Assembly (NCBI GenBank): GCA_965644265.1
Contig: OZ286461.1
Span: forward strand, 95,666,001 to 95,730,000
Direction: 5' to 3'
DNA: 64,000 nucleotides
From: Glycera tridactyla
Taxonomy: Eukaryota
In this document: in pieces, positions 40,401-52,400 of the stretch
How the letters are laid out: every line of letters starts with the position of its first letter
How positions within the stretch are numbered: position 1 is the stretch's first letter
The notes under the pieces: model-generated
Database searches by the model: none
The model's input: the letters and a program-made list of their open reading frames with translations, nothing else
What the model was told of the DNA's origin: nothing
Made by a program: the position numbers and the translations under genes

Positions 40401-43400
40401 GCGGGTGAATTGACTGATGCGGAAATAGACCAACTCTATGAAAAGAAGCAGTTAGGGTGCCACAGTCCAACGAGCCTGCTAAATACCATGTGGTTTATGA
40501 TGTGTGTTCATTTTGGGAGGAGAGGAGGATGTGAGGAGCATCGGAACATCAGCTGGGGTGATGTCACCTTGAGTTACGACAGAGTGAAAAATAAGGAATG
40601 CCTCAAATTCCAGGAACGCACAAGTAAAACAAGGACTGGAGCCGACCCAAGGGATATGCTACGTGTGACTCCGACAGTTTGGGAACGTCCTGATGAACCA
40701 GATCGTTGCCCCGTACGTGCTTACAAACTGTATGCCAAGAAGAGGCCAGCCACATACTCCAATCCAACAGACCCCTTCTATATCGGTGTAAACACAGCAG
40801 ACAAGTGCCCTCCTTTGAACTCCCGGTGGTTTATATCGCAACCAGTAGGACGTCATAAGTTGGCATCCATTATGAAGAACATGGTTAAAGAAGCGGACAT
40901 GGAGAGCGACAAACGACTTACAAATCACTCTGCACGTAAATATTTGGTACAGAAGCTATCCGCAAGCAATGTTCCACCCAATTTAATCATGCAGGTTACT
41001 GGACACAAGAACGTTAACTCCCTGAACAACTACAGCAAGCTGACTGGCCATCAACATCACCAGATATCAAGCATCCTTGGCGACACACACAACAGTGAAG
41101 TAGCTCGTCCCCCACAACCTGGATGTTCCTCATGGATAGAACCTGGAAATAACCCGCCTAATGCATTGCATGGAAGCCACCATCATGCCGGGACAGGAAG
41201 CCACCATCATGTCGGGACTGGAAGCCAAGTATTGAATCACTTTGTCCCCCGCCCAGCATCAGCCCAGAATGATATGTTGCCACCGCAGAGTTTGGCACTT
41301 CCAACGAACCAAGTCATCTCGTCTTCACAAATGTGCCAGACCAGCACTGTGGCTGTTACTGACAGTCGAGGTGAGATGTCGAACTGTGACGGCTCAATGG
41401 GGAGTATGTTTCGCGGGTGTAACATACAGAAGGTTGTTGTAAATTACAACACGTACAACAACATGCCCCGTCAGTACAACCGGGTCAAGCGGCTGGTGTA
41501 CTCCGATTCATCGGAGTCCAGCCAAAGCCAGTAACTAGTAGCTGGACAATGTGTACATAGCTGTATATAGACGTGATTGCTGTACAGGAAACCTGACGCC
41601 ATGTTGATTCATAGCCCAAGAACCTAATCTGTCTGTCAATGATTTGCTGATTGATGAACACCAAGTAACTGTCCAAGCACTGTGCACGAAACTGGGATAA
41701 GGAGTGGAAACAATATTCAGGGAAGGACAACTTGTGGTGAGTATCAGTTAAATATCTATTCTGTTATCAGTTCGACAAGGTTATATTTATCATGTTTTTG
41801 CACTGTTTACTGTAACACCACAGCAACTCAATGGGCCCATTCGACTGGTACTTCACGAAAAATAGTTACTTCACGATCGTGAAGAAGTTACTGCCCGGAG
41901 AAAATCGGCCGTGGAGTAATGCTTCCAGTCGAATGCAAAAGTTAGTTCACGATTTTTCGTGAAGCACGAAACCGCCCAGTCGAATGGGCCCTATGCTTGA
42001 TTCTGTTTTTACCATAATCACCTATCACCCAGACAGCTCTAACCAATCATGTACAACCTCATTCAAGGAAATTTATCTCATCCACCAGGTATCAGGGTAT
42101 GAGATGAGAGAGAGAGGGGGGGGGGGGGGGGTAAACTTGGAGCCCTGGCTATCAGTTGTCTGAAGGGAATCAACTACAGTGAAACCTGTCTTAAGTGAAA
42201 AGTCACGGGACCAAATTTTTCTTTCACTTAAGACAGGATTTTGCTTAGCGCAGGACAATTATAGTGAGAAAAAAACAACCGGGCCGATTGTGGGGTATGT
42301 GCTTAAGACAGGATTTTGCCTAGCGCAGGTTTACTCTCGAGCAGGTTTCACTGTAGCTCAAAGTTATTCCTCCTCATTTTGCCAATTTTCCTAGGACTGG
42401 CCCTATTTGAATTGAATTGAATTGTGTGTGTGTGTGGGGGGGGGGCTATTTCAAGCCCTGGCTATAGGATCAGCTGGGTTGGTATTTCATCATGTTTTAA
42501 TGAAATCACCTTCAATAACCTGGTCATAACTTCTCAAACTGCATATCCAACGAAAGAAAACATCAAAATCTCGCTTCATATGAGCTAGCTCGAAGTGATT
42601 CCTCCTCATTTCGCCATTATACATATTTTTCGACTTTTAAAGCAGCATGAAGAAATTCGCGACCGCCATCTTGGTATTTCTACAATCGAATTATCAGACG
42701 ACGGAATTCGCCTCCAACAAAGAAATAGACTGGTTATCACCTCTCAAACTGCGTATATAACGAAAGAAAACATCGAAATCTCGGCCCACATGTAGTAACT
42801 AGAAGTGATTCCTCCTCATTTCGCCATTATACGTATTTTTCGACTTGTAAAGCAGCATGAAGAAATTCGCGACCGCCATCTTGGTATTTCTACAATCGAA
42901 TTATCAGACGACGGAATTCGCCTCCAACAAAGAAATAGACTGGTTATCACCTCTCAAACTGCGTATATAACGAAAGAAAACATCGAAATCTCGGCCCACG
43001 TGTAGTAACTAGAAGTGATTCCTCCTCATTTCGCCATTATACGTATTTTTCGACTTGTAAAGCAGCATGAAGAAATTAGCGACCGCCATCTTGGTATTTC
43101 TACAATCGAATTATCAGACGACGGAATTCGCCTCCAACAAAGAAATAGACTGGTTATCACCTCTCAAACTGCGTATATAACGAAAGAAAACATCGAAATC
43201 TCGGCCCGCGTGTAGTAACTAGAAGTGATTCCTCCTCATTTCGCCATTATATGTATTTTTCGACTTGTAAAGCAGCATGAAGAAACTCGCGATCGCCATC
43301 TTGGTATTTCTACAATCGAATCATATGATGACGGAATTCGCCTCCAACAAAGAAATAGACTGGTTATCACCTCTCAAACTGCGTATATAACGAAAGAAAA

Positions 43401-46400
43401 CATCGAAATCTCGGCCCACGTGAGCTAGCTCGAAGTGATTCCCCCTCATTTCGCCATTAAACGTATTTTTCTTCATGTAAAGCAACTCGGAGATGATTGC
43501 GATCGCCATTTTCGATGGAACTTCTTCATCGTTGACAAGCCCCGGAAATCGCGCGAATATGATGACAAAACGACCTGTCATCTCGAAATCTGCATGTAAA
43601 ACGAAAGATAAGAGCACGATCTCTCCAAATATTGGCCGGTTGGTGTCTTATATGCACCATTTTTCATGAAAAACGTGCGGTTTCCACCATGTCTACATGG
43701 AGAAATTACCAAGGTGATCCCTTTCGCCATCTTGGTAACTTCTTTTTCCGAGTTGACAAGCCACGGAAATCGCTCTCAAAATACGTTTTTAGTCACTGTC
43801 ACATGCCATACCCCATGTAAAACGAAAGATGATTACTACAACTGGAGTTAGAATTCACCATTTCTTCATATTTTCATTGAAAAACGTGTTTTTTCGCGAA
43901 TGTGAGCGTCTGCAAAACAATTTGAGGTCCCCATTCTGACTTGGCCGGGGGGTGGCGCGAAAAAGTAATCCGTCTCAAATATACGTTAACTGTTCGATAT
44001 TTTGCATTATTCCTAGTCATATTGTAATTTATGATCGTTTTCGTGACTTTTTGGCGACGAAAAAGCATATAAATGGCCCCAAAAGAGATGGTGAAATTTG
44101 GAACTACATTTTGAGCGCGTAGTGTCTTCACTACGGACCACGGCGACTACGCGGTTCCCATTGGGCTCCATGTAAAAGTCGGTAGGCGTAGTGATATGGT
44201 GAATTGATGGTGTTTTGATACATCAAATCCAGCATCAAAATGGCGGAGATTTCGGCGATCTCTGCTCGATTCAAGCAATAAAAGATCGTTTTTGACACTT
44301 GAGGTGGGTGAGAAAAAGAATCTCTACCGGTGCCCCGGGTGAGACAGGCCAGCCACCTTCGGAGCGGCATTTTTTTTGTCTCAGGCCTTGGCAAGCCTCG
44401 GCCTGAGACAAAAAATGCCGCACCTCGGGTGGCTGGCCTGTCTCACCCGGGGCACCGGTAGAGATCCTATATATCCTGCGCATCCTTAAAATCATGCATC
44501 AATGATATGTACTCATCCGTAAGCCATGGAACATTTTCTACTCTTACATGCATTACCTTGTATGGTGCAACTTCATCACATACATGAGTCAGAATTGACA
44601 ATAGTAAATCAAAATTCTCCTGTAGGTTTCCTGTTGCATGAAATAGAGTAGTCAACCTTGCTTGGAGTGTTGTTCTGAAGTGATCCTTGTCATAATGCTT
44701 GAACGTTCTGGCCTCAATGGTCTTTTTCACTTTACTTGTTTTTGCACATTTCCTTACAGTCATCACCATGTCATGATCACTAAGACCAGAAGAGATCACC
44801 ATTGAGGATAGATATAGATCATGTCTGCTAACCATGATAATATCAATAAGCGAGCTTTTGGTTAGAGATATTCTGGTAGGTCTTGTGATGAGTTGTCTAA
44901 GACATTGCGATTTCTCCAGGTTTTTCAATAATTTCCTGTTGGGATTATTAACCAGGTAGTCAATGTTAATATCCCCTAGTATATGATCTAGTGAATTCAG
45001 GAGGACCGAGATCTGCTGAAAACATTCAAATGGGTCTCCATCAGGAGGCCTATATACATTCAGTATATAAGTGTCTCTGGTCCCAGGCAATATTAATTTC
45101 AGACCCTGGCATTCCAGGTTGCATGTGCAGCATGACAGTTCTGGAAGAGATTGGAGGTTAAATTTTGATTTATAATAGCAGAGAAGTCCTCCACCTCTCT
45201 TTGGTGGCATTAAATTTCTATCTTGCCGATGTAAATTAAAGCCAGGTATTTCCAGTTGGAAATTCCTTATTTTTGATGTTAGCCAGGTTTCCGATATTGT
45301 TAAAATGTGTACATCATTTGAAGCAATAGAAAATTTCAACTGGTCAAGCTTTAGAACAATGCTGCATATATTCTGATGTGATATTCTAATTCCTCTGTGC
45401 TTTGGGAAATCGTTATGTTCATAGAAAAGACTATCTTCTGGTCCTGGGTTCATCTCCACATCCCCAGCAAGTAGAAGCAAATCGTGGTGTGTATTCATAG
45501 CACAAGCAGGTATCTGGGTGAGCATATCATTAGTGAACATTTGTATAGAATTGAGAAGATAAAGTTGCCATCAACATCTAAAAACCTGTACATGTCAGGT
45601 TAATTCATTTCAAGTACAATACATAAATATATAAACTCCATGAATGCCTTTCATTATATACATTTGAAAATCTGATAATTACTTGTCGAGTGCTTGGTTG
45701 GGCATGGTACAACAGCAGGTATTGAAGAAGCTCGATTATTCAAAGTGTCATATGATAAATATAGAGGGCTGTCAATGAGAAAACAACCAATTTTGTGGCC
45801 ATGGGAGCAAATTTCAGCTAGAAGGGCTCCTTTTTTCATATGGGCATGGCACAACAGCAGGTATTGAAGAAACTCGATTTTTCAAAAAGTCATATGATAA
45901 ATATAGAAGACTGTCAATGAGAAACCAACCAGTTTTGTGACCATGGTAGCAAGTTTCAACTAGAGAGGCTCCTTTATTTGTATGTTCCATTGAGGAAGGT
46001 AGAATTTGTGATAAGCTATGAGCTTTTTCCGGACTGCATCTCCATATATTGCAACTTATTAACCTGGAAAATAAAAGAACAAATGTCCTTAGCATGTCAT
46101 ATCTGTATTGGATATACCTTTTTTGTTTTCATGGTATTATACTGAGGAAAAAACTGCATTGATGACCTATTGTGTCATTTTTGAGGCATTAAAATGAGCT
46201 TCCATGTTTTGAACTGACTGTGATAAAGATTTCAACATTTGTTGCTGAGATGCGATTGGATCCGCTGGGCCCACTGGCATTATGTCTCTAGGTGGAGAGG
46301 TATTCACGATCGCCTGTAGATGTTCGAAGGATTTCACAGTAATCGGTTGTCCGCCTTTCTGGATTGCTACCTTGATCTCACCATCCTGAGACCATTGGCT

Positions 46401-49400
46401 TGCCAAAAGACCGGCCCTGCGATATTTACGCGCCTCAAACATCAACGATGCTCTCGCTGGTGTGAGAAATTCGCGAATGAAAATTTTCAGATCAAGTTTC
46501 GCTAGTTTCATTCTTGACTGAAAAATCAGTTGACGTATACTCAATCTGTTGAAGTTCACAAGTATTGGTCTAGTCTTATTTGGCTCAATCTTCCCCATTC
46601 TTCTTGCGAAATCGATGTCGTTATTAGTGACCATTACTTGGAGCGGCTGTTGGGCGAATCTAATAATACCCGAGGCTAGATCTTCGTTTAGTTCTTCTTT
46701 AATTCCATCAAATATGAGCATATTGCCTCTGTTCATCTGCTCACATGAGTCCATACGGAATTCCAGTTCACTGAGTCTCTTGTCTTGGATGACATTATTT
46801 GTAGATAGGTTTTCAACGCGTGAAGTCAGCACTGCCTGTGACTCTTCAAAAATGCCCTTAAGCATTTGTCTGACATTTTGGTCACTGAGCATGCGGATGT
46901 ATTGCTCAGTTGCTGGATCTTGAGGCTCGCCAGTTTGCTGCTGCATCATTGTTTCATTTATTGATGAGTGATTTTCTATGAAACTCCCACCGATGAATGA
47001 TTGGAAATCTGGTTCCAAATATCTGGCAGCAGGTGTGCTTTGAACAGGGGTGCTTATTGCTAGTTTTTTGAACTTGTCAGGTGAATTTGGATCCGATATC
47101 AGACTAGTGTTGAGTGCCTTTCTCTTTGTAGAAGCTGGTTCAGTATTAAACATATCCGGAACCCACGGCTGGAATCTTGATGCTCTCATGGATAGAGCAC
47201 CTTCCAATCATAAATAGGTATAGAATAATTCCCAACCCGACTTTCCAGTGTTTCACGGGTTTTACGGTTAGTATGGATGGCACTCGACAATCTCCTGTTG
47301 ACTTTGCAACTATTGTTTTAGCACACACACATTCTGAGCATGTTCATGCTCACAGATGTAAAAATTTCTGTTTCTTATCTGGACTTTCAATCATCTGAGA
47401 GTACGGGCTTTCCAGTGTTTCACCTTATTTGAGGCGTCGTAGGGAACAATCCGACTCGACAGTGTTTCACGGATTCACTTTCCCAATATTCAACCCGACT
47501 GGAGTGTGTTTCACGGGTCTAGATGCGAAGAACAACTCGAATTCGTTACAAACACGGACTTTCCAGTGTTTCACCGTGTATACAATCCGGTTGCCATGCT
47601 AGACAATGGTGTTTATTTACGTTGAAAGCGGTGACGTCATCAATAACTGATGCACAGAAAACCGGTCCTCGGCCAATCAGCGATCCCCTTATATATCTAC
47701 ATCAGGAGTTTCCGCATTCGGCCAATCAGAATGCTCGACGGCCTCTTCGTCCCCAAAAGTTGGTCACGTGGTCAGGAATTGGCCTTTCGATCACGATTTG
47801 GCTTGGTATGAATTAAATCGAATTATAGGCACATAAGTTCCATATCAAATTTTGGCGCGGAGCAGGATTGGAGGAATGACTATCAATAGGCTTGTCAGTG
47901 TTAATTCTGCGGGAGAGATGGTGGTATCAAGGATGTGATTTACGCTTTTGCGATACCATAAATTTCAATTGACTTCGTAGATACAATATTACATCCGGGT
48001 TGTTGTTTGCTTGGCTCAGCCAATCATATTGTTCCTTAGTCAGAATGTGGGTTAGAGGAAGCAGTGCAGCCAATCAGAGCACGAGACGGCCTGTTCGGTC
48101 TCAATTATGCAAATTAGACTGTTGCAGTAAAGAAGTGCTCTCCAAACTGCGGTAACCAGAGTGACACGTGTGAGGTCTGGCAGATCGTTTCGTGTGTATC
48201 CGCCAACAAGAAATAAACCTACCGCTGGGGATAGTTTAGTCCGATATATTTCCAGGTAATAGTCAATTGGATTTGGTTCTGACTGTATCATTATTCCGTT
48301 GACTGTTCCAAAGCACTCGACTCGTTATTATAACAAATTGAGAATCCCGTGAAATCCAACATCATTCGTCGCCATTTTCAAGACCTGCGGTAAAGCCTGT
48401 CAAATCAACTAATCTTCCGTTGTATTCGTATACTGCAAGCCAATCGTTGTATCCATTGTGTGCTATGATATCTAAACTACGTATGCCAGCATCCGATACA
48501 TTCCCTGACCTGCTCCCTCCGGGGGAAAGAGAGAAATCGGGGCAAAGCCCCGGAACCCCTTCTTTACTCCATGGCGCAGTAATCCAGCCTCAATATGCAT
48601 GGCTGCATCATCCTGACATGCCATCAATGATCAAAATTCACCAGACACATATCAACCTCAGGATTATTCTATTATCAAAAGTACAAATTGAAAGTAATCA
48701 ATGAGATAGGTTTGCAAGGCTCACTGACCTGTTATCTGGTACTGCATATAGTACATGTCCGTTGTCTCCTTGATCAACATCTGTGGCCTGAAATAAAGTG
48801 AGTATGTGATGGGAGTTATATTTGACTCACACATATAGCAGACTCATGCTCTTGAACTCTGAGAGGTGGAATACTTTGTCAAATCGAAACATGGTGAGTA
48901 CATTCCCCAAACTGTTCCACCATTTCCCAACAGATTTCAGTTTTGATGTCTCATTTTTTTTTGTATAACCTCTGGTGATCATTGGGTCAGGTTCCAGATG
49001 CTTTGCTTGCCTTAGAAGTGGACGTGCTCTCATTTCATTGCATTTTGATGGCGAATTAGCTCACATTATCAGCAAATCCTTGCATGTGAAAGAGTGGAGA
49101 TTCGGCTGCCGCAATTGCCATGAAACCAGCGTGAAATTGATATATTTGGCATGCTAAGGTGAAATATACAAATGAATGTTTCCATGACAAAGTCTGTGAG
49201 TGAGTCTTGTTTCAATCTGATGCTAGATTGAAAAATGCATCAGTCNNNNNNNNNNNNNNNNNNNNNNNNNNNNNNNNNNNNNNNNNNNNNNNNNNNNNNN
49301 NNNNNNNNNNNNNNNNNNNNNNNNNNNNNNNNNNNNNNNNNNNNNNNNNNNNNNNNNNNNNNNNNNNNNNNNNNNNNNNNNNNNNNNNNNNNNNNNNNNN

Positions 49401-52400
49401 NNNGGTTACCTGTACAGTTCCGATGAACTCATTGTTCTGATTCTCCCGGACAGTGAAGACGACATCTGGTGGTGTAGTGAACACTGGGCTGTTGTCATTG
49501 ATGTCGGTCACTACAATTGATAGTGTGGTGGTAGCAGACTGAAAAAAGAAAGCAACCAATCTCACATGTGATCATTAGAGCCTGTAAAATACCTGCAGAC
49601 AGAATGGGACAACAAATATGAATGTGTATATTCTCTCCTAAAATCCCCTGCCAAAGTTCAAAGACAGAGGGAGTATGTCAATTCGAGAAATAAATGACAG
49701 GATGTATCTTGTGAGAATAATCAATACATTTGCCAATCCCGCAAAACTTCTATTCTGATCAGATTCCAAAATATGCAAATACAGAACGACTAAAATGGGA
49801 AGATATGAGTTCCATCAATCTTGATCATTTCTTGAATGTCCTCGGATATATTGTAGACATAGTTAGAGGAAGGTACTTACCCTTGATGAGTCCTGGTCTG
49901 TGGCTTTCAGTTTGAGAGTGTAGTGGTCCCTAGTTTCTCGGTCAAGATAGTTTGCAATTGTGATGATACCTGTATTCTGCCCGACGGCAAACACATCATC
50001 TGGGTTCCCATCAGTGATGAAGAACTGTAACGGATCTTGCTCTGGATCAGTTGCCTGGTAAAATCAAATGTGAATCATGGGATTGGGAACAACAGTGATA
50101 TTCAACCATTAAACATGACACAGGTACATATCTTGAGACCAGCTGTGTTGACACTCACTTGCATAAGTGAAATTCTCACTCATCTTTGACATACTGAATG
50201 TTGAGGAAGAATAGTTGAGACCTGCTGACTATGTTCTTTGTTCAATGAACTGATCACCCTCTTGAATGAATGCACTGATACCATATAGGATATCCAGTTG
50301 CAGCTCAGCTAATGTTTGCAATCCTTTTGTGAAGGAAAAGGGTAAACCTTTTTTTCTCTGACACACTCACGATGAAGAGTACATTGTTGGCAAATGTGAT
50401 CTCTTTCCACCGAACCCAACAGCCTGCAAGTTTAGGTATGAAAATCAGAAGATAAAACTTAAACAAAATGAATTTGATCTATCATCAGTCTGTTTCTAGA
50501 AGATGCTAGATAAAAATGTCATATGAAACTGTGTTTCACGATGAAAATGTACTTCACAATAGAAATTGATTGTACAAAGTGTATCAGCGTATCATCCCAT
50601 GGAATCCATACTCATATCCTTCTTTGAATTGTACTCATTTCACAAAGGATATACATCAGAGATCAACAGATGGAATTCATTAAGAAATACATCAGAGATT
50701 GACAGATGGAATTCACTTACTGGTACTGTGAAGACATCTGAATTCAGCAGCACACCTTCACTTAACGTCAGTGAGTATTGTGGAGCAGGTATAATTGGCC
50801 CAAGGTTCTGATCCAGAACAACTATCACGTTCACAATTGTCAGTGACTCCCTGCAGAGAGAACAACGAAAACATGTGGATTTCAATTCTTATCAACATCT
50901 TATACATTTTGTAATGCCATTCAAGTAGCCTGATTTCATTAAAATCCACAATTTCAAGCTAGGCTACTGATTAGCAAGCCAGTCTGCTGCATATCATGAG
51001 ATACCACGCATACATAGATGAATGAAAGGATGGATGAATGCCTTGAAATTATGGTAAGATGGCTGAGTCAGTGGATAAAGGGATAGATGGATTGTGGATG
51101 AAATACACCGATGACATTTGGGCAAAGCAGCAAATTGATATAAGTGAAGCAGCAATTTGCTATATTGTATTCCGCTCAGGAGTTAGCAGGAGGTTGTAGG
51201 TGGCAGGGTGTGAAAGCACAGCACCACACATCCATCACATGATGGAAGCCACGTGTAGAGTGGTAAAAATGTCGTGAAATCGTCTTCAAATTCGTTCCAA
51301 AGTAAGTGAAAATACCTTTGATTATGGATCATCTTGAAACCAAGAACAATATATTTACAACTGTTCAATGATATTATATTGTAAAATATAGTGGAAATAT
51401 GCTATAGAGTTAAACACAAAAGGTAAGCAAAGTTCCTTTGGTCATACCTCTGGCTGGAAGGAGGAGCACCATCCCTGGCCTCCACTGTGATCAGGTATGT
51501 TTCATCTCGATCCACCAGATTAGTGACATAGATCTGTCCTGTGTTGGAATCGATGTCAAATTTGCTGCTACCATCATTAGAGACACTGCGGATACTGTAA
51601 GTCACCTGGCCATAGGAACCACTATCTGCATCAGTAGCCTCAACCTGTAAAAAGAGGAAGTCAGGCTCAAAGGACTGGAAATAACATTTGTAGTAAGTTC
51701 TAAATAGTTTTAATACCATCATTTCTTCAACAATGATACCGATCAGTGATGTGGAAATTTCGAATTGACGATTTCAAAGTAATCACTTGTCATAAAAATC
51801 TTTATGTATCCAAAGTACATTCCTGTCCATCAATAAGAAACTAACATATTCATTCCGAGGTAATTATTAATACAATGAAACCTGTCTTGGGGGACCACCC
51901 TCCAATGGGAGACCGCTCTTTATGGGCTCTTCTCTATTTGACACAGTCAAATATACCTCCAATGAGAGACCACTTTTCGTTGGCATTTGGGGCGGTCTCC
52001 TAAGACAGGTTTTACTGTACCAGCTATCTTGCAATTTCCAACGACATGCTGATACTGTGGGCATGTGAACCTTATCCCACTTTTGGGTCACATGACCAAG
52101 CAGCAGCGCAGTAGGCGGTGCGCTGAAGAAGGACAAATCAAGATAGATGTCCAGAAGCTTCCCAACAAGAACCTCACAGTAATTACTGTGAAATATTTGG
52201 GTTGATTCACATAAAAGTTGCGATTATCTATTCATCAAATGAATGAGGTGACAGTTATCAACTTCGTGTAGGATATCTTCCCTCCATTATTCGCTAAGAG
52301 AAATGAGAAAATATGATGTTGTGAAGCCATGAGTGACCATCATCTTACCTGGACAACTGGCCGTCTTCCCTCACCCTCCTTGAGTGTGACGATGTAGCCC

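Larger units (their letters stand above)
39291..44474 (+). mobile_element. 5184-bp tyrosine-recombinase-carrying element with Helitron2/Helentron-like termini
   Basis: Removing it restores LINE ORF2 in frame with no TSD; it has a 5' hairpin, an asymmetric inverted repeat near the 3' end, a 3' palindrome, a YR ORF and a tandem array. Confidence 0.8.
36941..47600 (-). mobile_element. CR1/L2-group (Crack/Daphne-like) LINE retrotransposon, interrupted by a 5.2-kb insertion; 5' boundary approximate
   Basis: ORF1, APE and RT in the correct order on the minus strand; 3' end AATAAA followed by (CTCAT)5 (plus strand atgag x5 at 36941-36965). Confidence 0.9.

Noticed and set aside
42595-43428. Four near-identical 66-67 aa ORFs, or a CRISPR-like array
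   Set aside because: They are by-products of the 210-bp tandem repeat (GTG starts, no recognisable domain). Units are contiguous with no unique spacers, so this is not CRISPR.
39286-44480. Target-site duplication for the YR element
   Set aside because: Only a 2-bp TC overlap exists, and restoring the LINE frame needs just one copy of it.
19881-47576. Shared GTGTTTCAC(G) between the SINE tail and the LINE 5' UTR repeats
   Set aside because: Only 9-10 bp, and a SINE-LINE partnership would involve the LINE 3' end, which does not match.
36920-48400. TSD defining the LINE 5' end
   Set aside because: The 3' flank (atattataat) has no convincing match upstream, so the 5' boundary is left approximate.
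50651-50720. 36-bp tandem duplication next to the exon 10 donor
   Set aside because: Intronic, and only the proximal copy has GT; no predicted consequence.
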